DNA of 64,000 bases from an uncultured Gemmatimonadales bacterium (GCA_963828735.1 CAWHFW010000005.1:1152001-1216000), one strand, 5' to 3'; positions 39,753-48,906 are shown, counted from the first letter of the stretch. The notes: generated by a model from the sequence alone, not told the origin. Translations and numbers: made by a program.

Positions 39753-39941
39753 GGATACGTCCTCCAAAGGCGTGAACCTGCACGTACGACCGACCGTGAG
39801 CGGGGAGCGCACGCCTCCCCATGGCTCTGGGCCTGCTTCGAGATGCGGCCTGCTGTGGGAGTACGTCCTACGTTGAGAAGAGGGGGCGCAATGTCGGTTC
39901 CGACATCGCGTGCGACAACCGCGGCCCGGCCGTCGCAGCCT

Positions 39942-39970
39942 AATATGAAGCCCGTAAAATTTCGTGTCAA
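39942..39970 (-). promoter_or_regulatory. Sigma70 promoter of the TBDR operon
   Basis: Minus strand TTGACA, 17 nt, CATATT; implies a leader of about 180 nt. Confidence 0.65.
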
Positions 39971-40232
39971 GCAAGGGTCACACACGCGCACTCGGCGAAT
40001 CACCGCCGGCGTAACTCTCTGAAACCGAGGCAGTTGCCTATTGAAACAACCTGCAAGCGGTCGGGCGCGCGCGATCGAGCGGCGGTGCGCTGACGCAACC
40101 GAGAAACCGTCGCGGGCGCGAACACAAAAAAGCGGGCGCTGTGTATTCGGATTGGTACAGGGAAATAGACGGACGCGATTCTAACGTATCGCCGGAGATT
40201 TGGGAAGGGGTCGCCCTCCGCGACCCGGTTTC

Positions 40233-41402
40233 CTAGGCCGGTGCGAGGATCAGCTCGGCCTGCGGCTCGCGCGGAGTGACCTCCGGACCCGACCCACCCC
40301 AGTGCATGTTGACCTCGCTCCGTACGCCGAATTCGCCAGGGAGGTATACCCCCGGCTCCACCGAGAACCCGATGCCGGGAATCAGCCGGCGGTCGTCGTG
40401 GGTCTCGTAGTCGTCCAGATGCGGTCCCGAGCCGTGCAGGTCCCGGTCGATCGAGTGGCCGGTGCGATGCACGAACCGCTCCCCGAGCCCCGCCGCCTCG
40501 ATGACCCCGCGCGCGGCCCGGTCCGCCTCGAAGCCCGCGATCGGCCGCCCCTCCGCCACCGCGGTCCGGACCAGCGCCACCGCCGCCTCCCGCGCCGAGC
40601 GCACCACCTCCCACACCCGGGCGACGCGCTCGGGCGGGCGCTCGCCGGCGAAGCCCATCCAGGTCTGGTCCGCGAAGACCGTGGTCCGGCTCCGGCCGGC
40701 CCACAGGTCGAGCAGCACCACGTCACCCGCGCGAAGCGTGGCGTCCCGGCCGGGCTGCGGCTCGTAGTGGGGGTTGGCGGAGTTGGGACCGAACCCGACG
40801 ATCGGCAGGGTGTCGAAGACGAGCCCTCTGGCCTCCACCGCCGCCACGACCCGCGCCTGGAGCGCGGTCTCGGTGAGGCCCCTGCCCGCCTCGCGAACGG
40901 CCCGCGCGAGCGCGGCGCGGGCGACGTCCGCCAGCACCTCCGCGGCGAACCGGTGGTCCGCCGCCTCCGCCGCCGTCCATCCCGACGCGAACCGGCTGAC
41001 CAGCGGCGCCGAGGGAACCACCGTGCCCCCCAGCCGACGCACCAGCTCCACCACGCCGCTCGGCACGCGATCGAGGTACGGCACGGCGTCGTCCGGGAAC
41101 ACCTCCATCGCCAGGCGCTTGCCCGCCACGACCGCCCCCAGGGCCGCGTGCAGCTCCTCCCATCGAGCATACGGCACGACCCGCCCCGGGAATCGTTCCA
41201 CCGGCGCGAGCTCGATCCGGTGGGCCACCGCCACCGGCTCGCCCTCCGCCGGCAGCAGGACGAACAGCCGACGGGTGTTGAGTCCCTCGAGCTCGAGGAT
41301 GCGGGTCGCGACCGGATTGAGCCCGTGGAAGGCGTACAGGAGCCAGCCGTCCGCCCCGGCCGCCGCGAGCTCCTCTCGCAGCGCGTCGCGGTCGGGGATC
41401 AC
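40233..41402 (-). CDS. M24 family (Xaa-Pro) aminopeptidase
   Basis: NSANPHY, LLDLWA, ADQTW, HRTGHSI, FSVEPGVY, GVRSE; GTG start overlapping the upstream stop. Confidence 0.9.
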   Translation of the reverse strand: MIPDRDALREELAAAGADGWLLYAFHGLNPVATRILELEGLNTRRLFVLLPAEGEPVAVAHRIELAPVERFPGRVVPYARWEELHAALGAVVAGKRLAMEVFPDDAVPYLDRVPSGVVELVRRLGGTVVPSAPLVSRFASGWTAAEAADHRFAAEVLADVARAALARAVREAGRGLTETALQARVVAAVEARGLVFDTLPIVGFGPNSANPHYEPQPGRDATLRAGDVVLLDLWAGRSRTTVFADQTWMGFAGERPPERVARVWEVVRSAREAAVALVRTAVAEGRPIAGFEADRAARGVIEAAGLGERFVHRTGHSIDRDLHGSGPHLDDYETHDDRRLIPGIGFSVEPGVYLPGEFGVRSEVNMHWGGSGPEVTPREPQAELILAPA

Positions 41403-42028
41403 TCGTAGACCTCCGCGGCCGCGCTCCGCCAGACGCACGCATCGTCCCCGCGCGAGCGGCAGCGCTCGTGCAGCATGGCGCCCTCGAACGCCGTGAGCTT
41501 GCGGAGCAGCTCGCCGTAGGCCGCTCCGTAGAAGGCGCAGGCGGCGCCGTCCGGCACGGCCAGGATCGAGAGCGGATCGCTCATCCGCACCTCGGTATCG
41601 TGCGCCGGGACCCGCAGGTCGCCCCCGAAGATCTGGCGCGCCAGCCGCGAAGCCGCCCGCAGCGATACCTGGCGGCCGAGCCCCGCGGGCGACATGCGCG
41701 CGAGCGTCCGCGCCGATCGCCCGCGCGAGCGCGCGGCGTAGCGCGCGGCCCGACGGCCCGCGTCGGCGAAGACCAGCGCGGCGTCCGGGCGCCGGCTCAC
41801 CAACCGGAGCACGCTCACCACCTCGTCGAGCTCCACCGTCCCCTCTCGCTCGGCCGCCACGCGGTAGCGCTGGATCTGCGCCGCGACCGTCGGGCTCAGG
41901 CCGAGCCGCCGGACCACGATCTCTTCGGCGAGCTCGTCGAGTCCGTCTTCGACGGGTGTGTCCAGATTGCGGATCGCCTCGAGCAGGCTGAGCGGAAGCA
42001 GCGCGGGAACGGCGGCGGGAGTAGGCAC
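41399..42028 (-). CDS. Hypothetical protein with C-terminal V4R-like domain
   Basis: AC.FY.AA..EL...L......HERCRSRGDDACVW resembles the V4R Cys motif; start inferred at GTG 42028. Confidence 0.6.
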   Translation of the reverse strand: MPTPAAVPALLPLSLLEAIRNLDTPVEDGLDELAEEIVVRRLGLSPTVAAQIQRYRVAAEREGTVELDEVVSVLRLVSRRPDAALVFADAGRRAARYAARSRGRSARTLARMSPAGLGRQVSLRAASRLARQIFGGDLRVPAHDTEVRMSDPLSILAVPDGAACAFYGAAYGELLRKLTAFEGAMLHERCRSRGDDACVWRSAAAEVYE

Positions 42029-42072
42029 GGAGTTTGTGTTCCTGAAGCTAGTGGGTCCATTACATTCTTTCC

Positions 42073-42645
42073 ATGGCCGAGCCGACGACCGCCGGGCGCC
42101 AATTCGACGCCGAGGCGCTGCCCCATCTCGATGCACTGTACCGCGTCGCGCTCCGCCTCACCGGTGATCCCACCCAGGCCGAAGACCTCGTCCAGGATAC
42201 CATGCTCAAGGCGTACCGCTCGTGGCAGCAGTATCGCCCCGGGACCAACGCCAAGGGCTGGCTGCTCACCATCCTGCGGAACACGTTCATCAACGACTAC
42301 CGCCGGCGGAAACTCGAGCCGGTGGCCACCGACCTCGAGCTCGTCGAGCCACATGCCATCTACCGGAACGTCGAGGACGTGGATCCGGAAGGCGCCTTCT
42401 TCTCCAAGATCGTGGACGAGAAGGTGCTCGAAGCGGTGGACGCGCTGCCGCCGGAGTTTCGCGAGGTGCTCGTGCTGAGCGATATGGAAGGCCTGAGCTA
42501 TGGCGACATCGCCGACACCCTCAAGATCCCCGTCGGAACCGTCAAGTCGCGGCTCTTCCGAGCCCGGCGACAGCTCCAATCCTCCCTGTACCGCTACGCG
42601 GTCGAGACCGGCATCATCCCGGCCCGGGAGACGCGCGATGAGTGA
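42073..42645 (+). CDS. ECF RNA polymerase sigma factor
   Basis: AEDLVQDT..KAY, GTNAKGWL.TILRN, LSYGDIA..L..PVGTVKSRLFRAR. Confidence 0.95.
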   Translation: MAEPTTAGRQFDAEALPHLDALYRVALRLTGDPTQAEDLVQDTMLKAYRSWQQYRPGTNAKGWLLTILRNTFINDYRRRKLEPVATDLELVEPHAIYRNVEDVDPEGAFFSKIVDEKVLEAVDALPPEFREVLVLSDMEGLSYGDIADTLKIPVGTVKSRLFRARRQLQSSLYRYAVETGIIPARETRDE

Positions 42646-42886
42646 GAAGATCGACTGCCGCGAGGCCCACGCCCGCCTTCACGACTACCTCAAGCAGGAG
42701 CTCACGTCGGATCTGGCCGCGGAGGTTCAGGCCCACCTCGAGCGCTGCCGGCCCTGCTTCAAGCAGGCCAGGTTCGAGCAGAGCTTCCTGGCGATGCTGG
42801 AGGCGAAGGCCCAGGGCACCTGCTGTCCCAACGCGCTCAAGGCTCGCATCCTGGCCGTGCTCCGCGCCGAGCAGGAGCGCGACTGA
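42638..42886 (+). CDS. Zinc-finger (zf-HC2) anti-sigma factor
   Basis: DC.E....L.DYL..EL and HLERCRPC (HxxxCxxC); overlaps the sigma stop. Confidence 0.9.
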   Translation: MSEKIDCREAHARLHDYLKQELTSDLAAEVQAHLERCRPCFKQARFEQSFLAMLEAKAQGTCCPNALKARILAVLRAEQERD

Positions 42887-43647
42887 CGTCGGTCCTGGTC
42901 GCCGCCGTGGTGGCCCTGCTGGCGTGGCGCGCGGAGACCCTGACGGCGGGCGGCGCGATCGCCGCGGCGGCCGTGGGCACGCTGGTGCTGGTGGGGACGG
43001 GGTGGGCGGGCGGCGCGGTGCTGGCCGCCTTTTTCGTCTCCAGCAGCGTGGTCGGCCGCCTCGCGCCTCGTCCCGGGCGCCCGGATGCCAAGGGCGAGCG
43101 GCGGGACGAGCTCCAGGTCGCGGCCAACGGCGGGCCGGCGGCGCTGGGCGCGCTCCTCGGGCTGCACGAGCCCTCGCTCGGGCTCTGGCTCGTGACCGGG
43201 AGCCTCGCCGCCGCCGCGGCCGACACTTGGAGCACGAGCCTCGGTGCCTTGAGCCGCACGCCGCCGCGTCGCCTCCTGGTGGGCCCACGGGTCCCGGCCG
43301 GCACGAGCGGAGGCATGAGCGTCGTCGGGACGCTGGGCGCGGTCGCCGGGGCGGCGCTCGTGGCGGCCGTCGGCGCGGTCGCCGGGCGCGCGACGGCCCT
43401 CGCGCCGCTCGGAACGCTGGTAGGTTTCGCTGGGATGGCAATCGACTCCCTGCTCGGCGCCGCCTGGCAGGGGCGTTTCCATTGTCCGGCATGCGACGCC
43501 GCGAGCGAGTGGCGGATCCACGGCTGCGGTTCCCGGACCCACTGGAAGGGGGGCATGGCATGGCTGGACAACGATGGGGTCAATCTCGCCGCGACCTCGC
43601 TCGCGGCGCTGCTCGCGGTCGTGGCGTGGCACTCCTGGTCTCATTGA
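42883..43647 (+). CDS. DUF92 (TMEM19-like) membrane protein
   Basis: KG.RRD..QV.ANG, ADTWST.LG, G.SGG.S..G, DSLLGA..Q, DND.VN. Start is CTG 42883 or GTG 42907. Confidence 0.85.
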   Translation: MTSVLVAAVVALLAWRAETLTAGGAIAAAAVGTLVLVGTGWAGGAVLAAFFVSSSVVGRLAPRPGRPDAKGERRDELQVAANGGPAALGALLGLHEPSLGLWLVTGSLAAAAADTWSTSLGALSRTPPRRLLVGPRVPAGTSGGMSVVGTLGAVAGAALVAAVGAVAGRATALAPLGTLVGFAGMAIDSLLGAAWQGRFHCPACDAASEWRIHGCGSRTHWKGGMAWLDNDGVNLAATSLAALLAVVAWHSWSH

Positions 43648-44048
43648 TCCTCGCCGCGTCGGCCTGCGGCAACGAAGCCACCGCTCCGAATCCGGTCCGC
43701 CCCGGCAGCGACTTCGGCTCGGGGACCAGCAGCAGCGGCAGCGAGACGGCGACGATCGTAGGGGTGTGGCAGGCCGTGATCGTGGTGCAGGTCCCCGGCG
43801 ACGTCCAGACCTGGACGACGACCTGGCAGTTCGACGCGGACGGAAGCTGTCGCCAGACGCGCGTCACCGAGTCGCTCGCGGAGGGGTTCCCGCGGACGAC
43901 GGTTCTCGCATGCACCTGGACCATCACCGGCACCCAGCTCCAGATCGCCTTCGCGGGCGGGGGCACGCTCGTCATGGAGTTCTCGTTCGCGGGCCTGTCG
44001 CCCGATCGGCTCGTGCTCGATGGCTTCGAGTACCAGCGGCAGTCCTGA
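43560..44048 (+). CDS. Putative lipoprotein (lipocalin-like beta domain)
   Basis: Lipobox ASA-C, Ser/Gly linker, IVGVW...W.F..DG..; start uncertain (43560 or 43626). Confidence 0.55.
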   Translation: MAGQRWGQSRRDLARGAARGRGVALLVSLILAASACGNEATAPNPVRPGSDFGSGTSSSGSETATIVGVWQAVIVVQVPGDVQTWTTTWQFDADGSCRQTRVTESLAEGFPRTTVLACTWTITGTQLQIAFAGGGTLVMEFSFAGLSPDRLVLDGFEYQRQS

Positions 44049-45261
44049 CGCCGACGCGGCCGTCGACGTCCTCGTCGTCGGTGCCGGGCCCGGCGGGAGC
44101 GCGAGCGCCGCGCTGTTCGCCGGGATGGGATACCGCGTCCGCGTCGTGGATCGCGCGGCCTTCCCCCGCGACAAGGCCTGCTCGGAGTACATGAGCCCGG
44201 AAACGGTCCGGCTGCTCGAGCGGTTCGGCGTGATGCCCGCGCTCGAGGCGGCGGGCGCCCCGCTTCACGGCACGGTGGTGACCGCGGCTCGGGGCAGCCG
44301 CCTGCACGGCCGGTTCGCGCTCGCCGGGCCACCGCCGTCCCGACCGACGGGGCTCTCGGTATCGCGCCGCATCCTGGACCACGCGCTCCTGGACGCGGCG
44401 CGGCAGGCCGGCGCCGAGGTGTCGGAGCGCACCGCCGTGGACGAGCTGCTCTACGATCGCGGCGCCGTGGCCGGCGTCGTCGCCCGCGACCACGAGGGCC
44501 GTCGCCGCACCATGCGGGCACGGCTCACGGTCGGCGCCGATGGGCTGCGCTCCGTCGTCGCCCGGCGGATCGGCCGGCGCCGGCACGGGCAGCCCCGCCG
44601 ACTCGCGTTCGTCGCCCACGTCGATGGCGTGACGGGCATGGACGGCTCGGCAGAGCTCCACGTCGGCCCGCACGGCTACGCGGGACTCAACCTGATCGGC
44701 GGGGAGCGCACCAACGTCGCGCTGGTGGTCCCGGCCATCCGGGCCGTCGAGGCGCGTGGGAGGAGAGAGGCCTTCTTTCGAGAGGCGCTCGACGCGTTCC
44801 CGGGCGTGGCCGCGCGCGTCGGCGGCGGCCGCCTGGTGCGGAAGGTGCTCACCACCGGGCCGTTCGCCGCCTGGTCGGGACGAGTCGTCGCCGACGGCGC
44901 GGCCCTGGTGGGCGATGCGGCGGACTTCTTCGATCCGTTCACGGGCGAGGGGATCTACAGCGCGCTGCTGGGCGCCACGCTCCTCGCCGACACCGCGGGT
45001 CGAGCTCTCGACGGGCGCGGCCCGGTCACCGCCGGACAGCTCGCGGCGTATCGGCGCGCCCGCCGGCGGGCCTTCGCCGGCAAATGGGCGGTGGAGCGGC
45101 TGATCGGCTACGGCATGCTCTTTCCGGCGCTCTTCGATCGCGCCGTCGAGCGACTCGGCCGCCGGCCCGGCATGGCCGACACGCTCGTGGGCGTCACCGG
45201 CGACTTCGTGCCCGCCCGCCGGGTGCTCAACCCGCTGTTCCTCGCGAGGATGCTGCTCTGA
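44020..45261 (+). CDS. FAD-dependent oxidoreductase (geranylgeranyl reductase-like)
   Basis: DVLVVGAGPGG, FPRDKAC.E, GADGLRS, LVGDAA.F.DPFTGEGI. Confidence 0.9.
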   Translation: MASSTSGSPDADAAVDVLVVGAGPGGSASAALFAGMGYRVRVVDRAAFPRDKACSEYMSPETVRLLERFGVMPALEAAGAPLHGTVVTAARGSRLHGRFALAGPPPSRPTGLSVSRRILDHALLDAARQAGAEVSERTAVDELLYDRGAVAGVVARDHEGRRRTMRARLTVGADGLRSVVARRIGRRRHGQPRRLAFVAHVDGVTGMDGSAELHVGPHGYAGLNLIGGERTNVALVVPAIRAVEARGRREAFFREALDAFPGVAARVGGGRLVRKVLTTGPFAAWSGRVVADGAALVGDAADFFDPFTGEGIYSALLGATLLADTAGRALDGRGPVTAGQLAAYRRARRRAFAGKWAVERLIGYGMLFPALFDRAVERLGRRPGMADTLVGVTGDFVPARRVLNPLFLARMLL

Positions 45262-45740
45262 GCCAGACCGCGATCGATCCCGCACGCTTCCGCCAGCTGC
45301 TCGGCCGCTTCGCGACGGGCGTCACCGTTCTCACGGTGCGCGATCCCTCGGGGCAGCCGGCGGGGATGACCGCGAGCAGCCTGGCCTCCGTGTCGCTCGA
45401 GCCGCCGCTCGTCTCGGTGTGCGTGGACCACACGGCCGACCTGCACGACCTCATCATCGCCGCGCCCGAATTCGTGGTGAACGTGCTGGAGAGCGCCCAG
45501 GAGGAGCTCTCGCGGCGCTTCGCCGACCAGCATGACGACCGGTTCGCCGGCGTGGGCTACCACCTCGGACCCGACGGCCAAATCCGGCTGGACGGCACGC
45601 TGGCGCACATCGAGTGCGAGCGGTTCGCCACCTATCCTGCCGGCGACCACACGATCGTGATCGGTCGGGTGATCGGAGGCGACGCGCACGACGGGCATCC
45701 TCTCCTCTACTATCGCGGCGGCTACGCCGCCCTCACGTGA
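45258..45740 (+). CDS. Flavin reductase family protein
   Basis: FR..LGRFATGVTV, SVSLEPPLV, GDHTIVIG, PLLYYRGGY; probable CTG start. Confidence 0.9.
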   Translation: MSQTAIDPARFRQLLGRFATGVTVLTVRDPSGQPAGMTASSLASVSLEPPLVSVCVDHTADLHDLIIAAPEFVVNVLESAQEELSRRFADQHDDRFAGVGYHLGPDGQIRLDGTLAHIECERFATYPAGDHTIVIGRVIGGDAHDGHPLLYYRGGYAALT

Positions 45741-46444
45741 CGTCGCTCGAGCCCCTGGCCGTGAGCGGTGTGGGTGCCGAGCTGCTCGACGATCCGACGG
45801 CCGATCCGGTGACGGTCGCCGCCTCGCTCCGGGACATCTCGCGGGCCAACCGATGGTTCGGCGGCGCGGCCGCGATGCGCCGAGGCCTGCGGAGCGCGCT
45901 GGACGGCGTTCCACCCGGATCGGTGCTCACCCTGGCGGACCTCGGAACCGGCCTCGGCGATCTGCCCCGCGCGGCGATGCACTGGGCGGCACGCCGGGGC
46001 CTCCGGATCGTGCCCGTCGGCCTCGAGCGGAGCCCGGTGGCGGCTCGTCTCGCGCGGGACGGCGGACTGCCGTGCGTCGTGGGCTGCGCGGGGATCGCGC
46101 CGTTTCGGGACAAGTCCGTGGATGTCGTGATCGTGAGCCAGGTAGTGCACCACCTGGCTCACGATTCGGCGGTCCGGCTCTTCCAGGCCTGTGACCGCCT
46201 CGCCCGCCGCGCGGTGGTGGTAGCCGACCTCCGTCGCGGCTGGCTTGGCCCGCTCACCTTCTGGGTCGGCGCCCGGGCGCTCCGGTTCGACCCCGTGACG
46301 GTGGCCGACGGCATGACCTCGCTCCGCCGCGGCTACACCGCGGCGGAGCTCCGTGCCCTGCTCGAGGCGGCCGGCGTTCGCGCAACGGTTGAGCGGCGTC
46401 CGGGCTATCGCCTCGTCGCCACCTGGCGCCCCGTGGCGTCCTGA
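45737..46444 (+). CDS. SAM-dependent methyltransferase domain protein
   Basis: ELLDDP, N.WFGG, DLGTG.GD, HHL, DG..S..RGYT..EL; GTGA overlap. Confidence 0.85.
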   Translation: MTSLEPLAVSGVGAELLDDPTADPVTVAASLRDISRANRWFGGAAAMRRGLRSALDGVPPGSVLTLADLGTGLGDLPRAAMHWAARRGLRIVPVGLERSPVAARLARDGGLPCVVGCAGIAPFRDKSVDVVIVSQVVHHLAHDSAVRLFQACDRLARRAVVVADLRRGWLGPLTFWVGARALRFDPVTVADGMTSLRRGYTAAELRALLEAAGVRATVERRPGYRLVATWRPVAS

Positions 46445-46902
46445 TGCGGACCGTCGACGCCATCCGGATGCGTGCGCCGGCCGCGCGGGTGCTCGAGGCC
46501 GCGGTGGACGTCGAGCGCTGGCCCGCGCTCCTGCCCCACTACCGCTGGGTGCGCCGCCTCGAGCGTGAGGGCGACGGCGGCCTGGTGGAGATGGCGGCCT
46601 GGCGACCGTTTGGCCCGGTCAGGTATCCGACGTGGTGGGTATCGGAGATGCGCGTGGACCGCGCGGCGCATGCGGTGCACTACCGCCACGTGCGCGGCGT
46701 CACGACGGGGATGGACGTGGTGTGGCAGATAGCGTCCGTCGGCGAGGCGACCGACGTGACGATCGTGCACGAGTGGACCGGGCCGCGGTGGCCGCTGATC
46801 GGAAGCGCTGCCGCCGCATGGGTGATCGGCCCGGTGTTCATCCATGGAATCGCATCGCGGACGCTCGAAGGCATCCGGCGGGCGGTTGAGAGGGAGACAT
46901 GA
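46444..46902 (+). CDS. SRPBCC/START polyketide cyclase-aromatase-like protein
   Basis: A.DVERWP.LLPHYR, WVSEM, HVRGVT.GMDV.W. Confidence 0.85.
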   Translation: MRTVDAIRMRAPAARVLEAAVDVERWPALLPHYRWVRRLEREGDGGLVEMAAWRPFGPVRYPTWWVSEMRVDRAAHAVHYRHVRGVTTGMDVVWQIASVGEATDVTIVHEWTGPRWPLIGSAAAAWVIGPVFIHGIASRTLEGIRRAVERET

Positions 46903-48146
46903 GCGAGCCGCGGCGGGTGGTGGTGACGGGCATCGGGGCGATCACGCCCATCGGACTGGGGGTGGACGGGCTGTGGGACGGACTGCGGCGACGGACGTCG
47001 GCGGTCCGCTGCATCACGCGGTTCGATCCGACCGTGTTCAAGTCGCGGATCGCCGGCGAAGTCCCGGATTTCGTGCCGACGGACCACATCGAGGAGCGCC
47101 GAGCCCGGCGCCTCGACCGGTACTCCCAGTTCACCATTGCCGCCACCCGTCTGGCGTTGGGCGACGCGGCGCTCGATCTCAAGCGCGAGGATCCCGATCG
47201 GGTCGGGGCCATGATGGGCACCGCGCTGGGCGGCGTGGCCCATGGCGAGCAGAACTACCACGCGTTCCTCACCGAGGGGCCACGCGCGGTCGATCCCGCG
47301 CTCGCCCTCACCGTCTTCGCTGGCGCCGCCAGCTGCAACATCGCAATCGAATTCGGGTGCACCGGCCCCAACTCCACCAACGGGATGAGCTGCGCGTCCG
47401 GCGCGATCGCGATCGGCGACGGATTTCGTGCCATCGTCCGCGGCGACGCCGACGTGATGATCACCGGCGGGGCCGAGGCCCCGCTCGCGCCGCTCTGCTT
47501 CGGCGCCTTCGCGATCATTCGGGCGATGTCCACCCGCAATGACGATCCCGCCCACGCGAGCCGCCCGTTCGACGCGGGACGTGACGGCTTCGTCATGGCC
47601 GAGGGGGCGGCGGTGTTGGTGCTCGAAGAACGCGGGCGAGCATTGGCGCGTGGCGCGCCGGTGTACGCCGAGATCTGCGGGTTCGGGTTGACCAACGACG
47701 CGCATCACATGACGGCGCCCCGGCCGGATGGGCGCCAGGCCGCGCGCGCCATGCAGAACGCGCTGACCGAGGCGCACGTCTCGCCGGGCGAGGTGGGCTA
47801 CATCAATGCGCACGGCTCGTCCACGCCGCTGAACGACCCGACCGAGACCTCGTCGATCAAGCAGGTCTTCGGCGACAGCGCGTACCGGGTCCCCCTGAGT
47901 GGGACCAAGGGATACTACGGCCACGCGCTCGGCGCGAGCGGCGCGATCGAGGCGGCGATCTGCGCGCTGGCGGCGCGGCGGGGCTGGCTGCCGCCCACCG
48001 TCAACCTGGAGACGCCGGACCCCGCGTGCGATCTTCCGCTGGTCGTGGGCGATGGCCGCGACCTCACGCCAGACATCATCCTCAGCAATTCGTTCGGGTT
48101 CGGGGGCATCAACGCGGCGCTGGTGTTTCGGCGGATGGATGCCTAG
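46899..48146 (+). CDS. Beta-ketoacyl synthase (FabF/KS-alpha-like)
   Basis: RVVVTGIG, catalytic SCASG, NAHGSST, GHALGASG, SNSFGFGG.N. Confidence 0.92.
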   Translation: MSEPRRVVVTGIGAITPIGLGVDGLWDGLRRRTSAVRCITRFDPTVFKSRIAGEVPDFVPTDHIEERRARRLDRYSQFTIAATRLALGDAALDLKREDPDRVGAMMGTALGGVAHGEQNYHAFLTEGPRAVDPALALTVFAGAASCNIAIEFGCTGPNSTNGMSCASGAIAIGDGFRAIVRGDADVMITGGAEAPLAPLCFGAFAIIRAMSTRNDDPAHASRPFDAGRDGFVMAEGAAVLVLEERGRALARGAPVYAEICGFGLTNDAHHMTAPRPDGRQAARAMQNALTEAHVSPGEVGYINAHGSSTPLNDPTETSSIKQVFGDSAYRVPLSGTKGYYGHALGASGAIEAAICALAARRGWLPPTVNLETPDPACDLPLVVGDGRDLTPDIILSNSFGFGGINAALVFRRMDA

Positions 48147-48188
48147 ATTCGCGCCGTCCCTTTCCCGACACATCAAAAAGGATCGCTG

Positions 48189-48872
48189 ATGTCTTCGCTG
48201 CTTCGACGCTCGCTCGCTGAAGCCTTGGGTACCTTCGCGCTGGTGTTCATCGGCGTCGGTTCCGTCGCCGCCAAGTACTATCCCGACGCCAACTACGGGA
48301 TCTACGGGATCGCGACCGCGCACGCGATGGTGCTGGCCGTCATGATCACGGCCACGATGGCCATCTCGGGCGGCCACCTGAATCCGGCCGTGACGGTGGG
48401 CCTGCTGGTGGCGCGCCGGACCGATGGTCGCACCGCCGGGGCGTACATCGTCGCGCAGCTCCTGGGTGCCGTCCTCGCCGCGCTCGCCGTAAAGGCCATC
48501 TTCCCGCTCGGCGTTACCCGCCCCATCGCACTCGGCACGCCGAGCATCGCGAGCAATATCCAGATCACCCAGGCAATCGCGCTCGAGGCGGTGCTGACGT
48601 TCTTCCTGGTGTCGGCCGTGTTCGGCACGTGCGTCAACGCCGAGGCGCCGAAGGTCGGCGGGTTCGGCGTGGGCCTGGTGCTCTGGTTCGACATCATCGT
48701 CGGCGGCCCGCTCACCGGCGCGGCGATGAATCCCGCGCGGGCCTTCGGCCCGGCGCTGGTGGCCGGCCAGTGGGTGGCCCACATCGTGTACTGGGTGGGG
48801 CCTCTGCTCGGCGCGATCGTCGCGGCGCTCCTGTGGGAGCACGTGCTGCTGCCGCCGCGCGAGCGGAAATAG
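48189..48872 (+). CDS. Aquaporin (MIP family)
   Basis: SGGHLNPAVT and AMNPARAFGP NPA boxes. Confidence 0.95.
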   Translation: MSSLLRRSLAEALGTFALVFIGVGSVAAKYYPDANYGIYGIATAHAMVLAVMITATMAISGGHLNPAVTVGLLVARRTDGRTAGAYIVAQLLGAVLAALAVKAIFPLGVTRPIALGTPSIASNIQITQAIALEAVLTFFLVSAVFGTCVNAEAPKVGGFGVGLVLWFDIIVGGPLTGAAMNPARAFGPALVAGQWVAHIVYWVGPLLGAIVAALLWEHVLLPPRERK

Positions 48873-48906
48873 CGGAAGGTCACGAAGCGCCGGACCCGGT
48901 CCCGAA

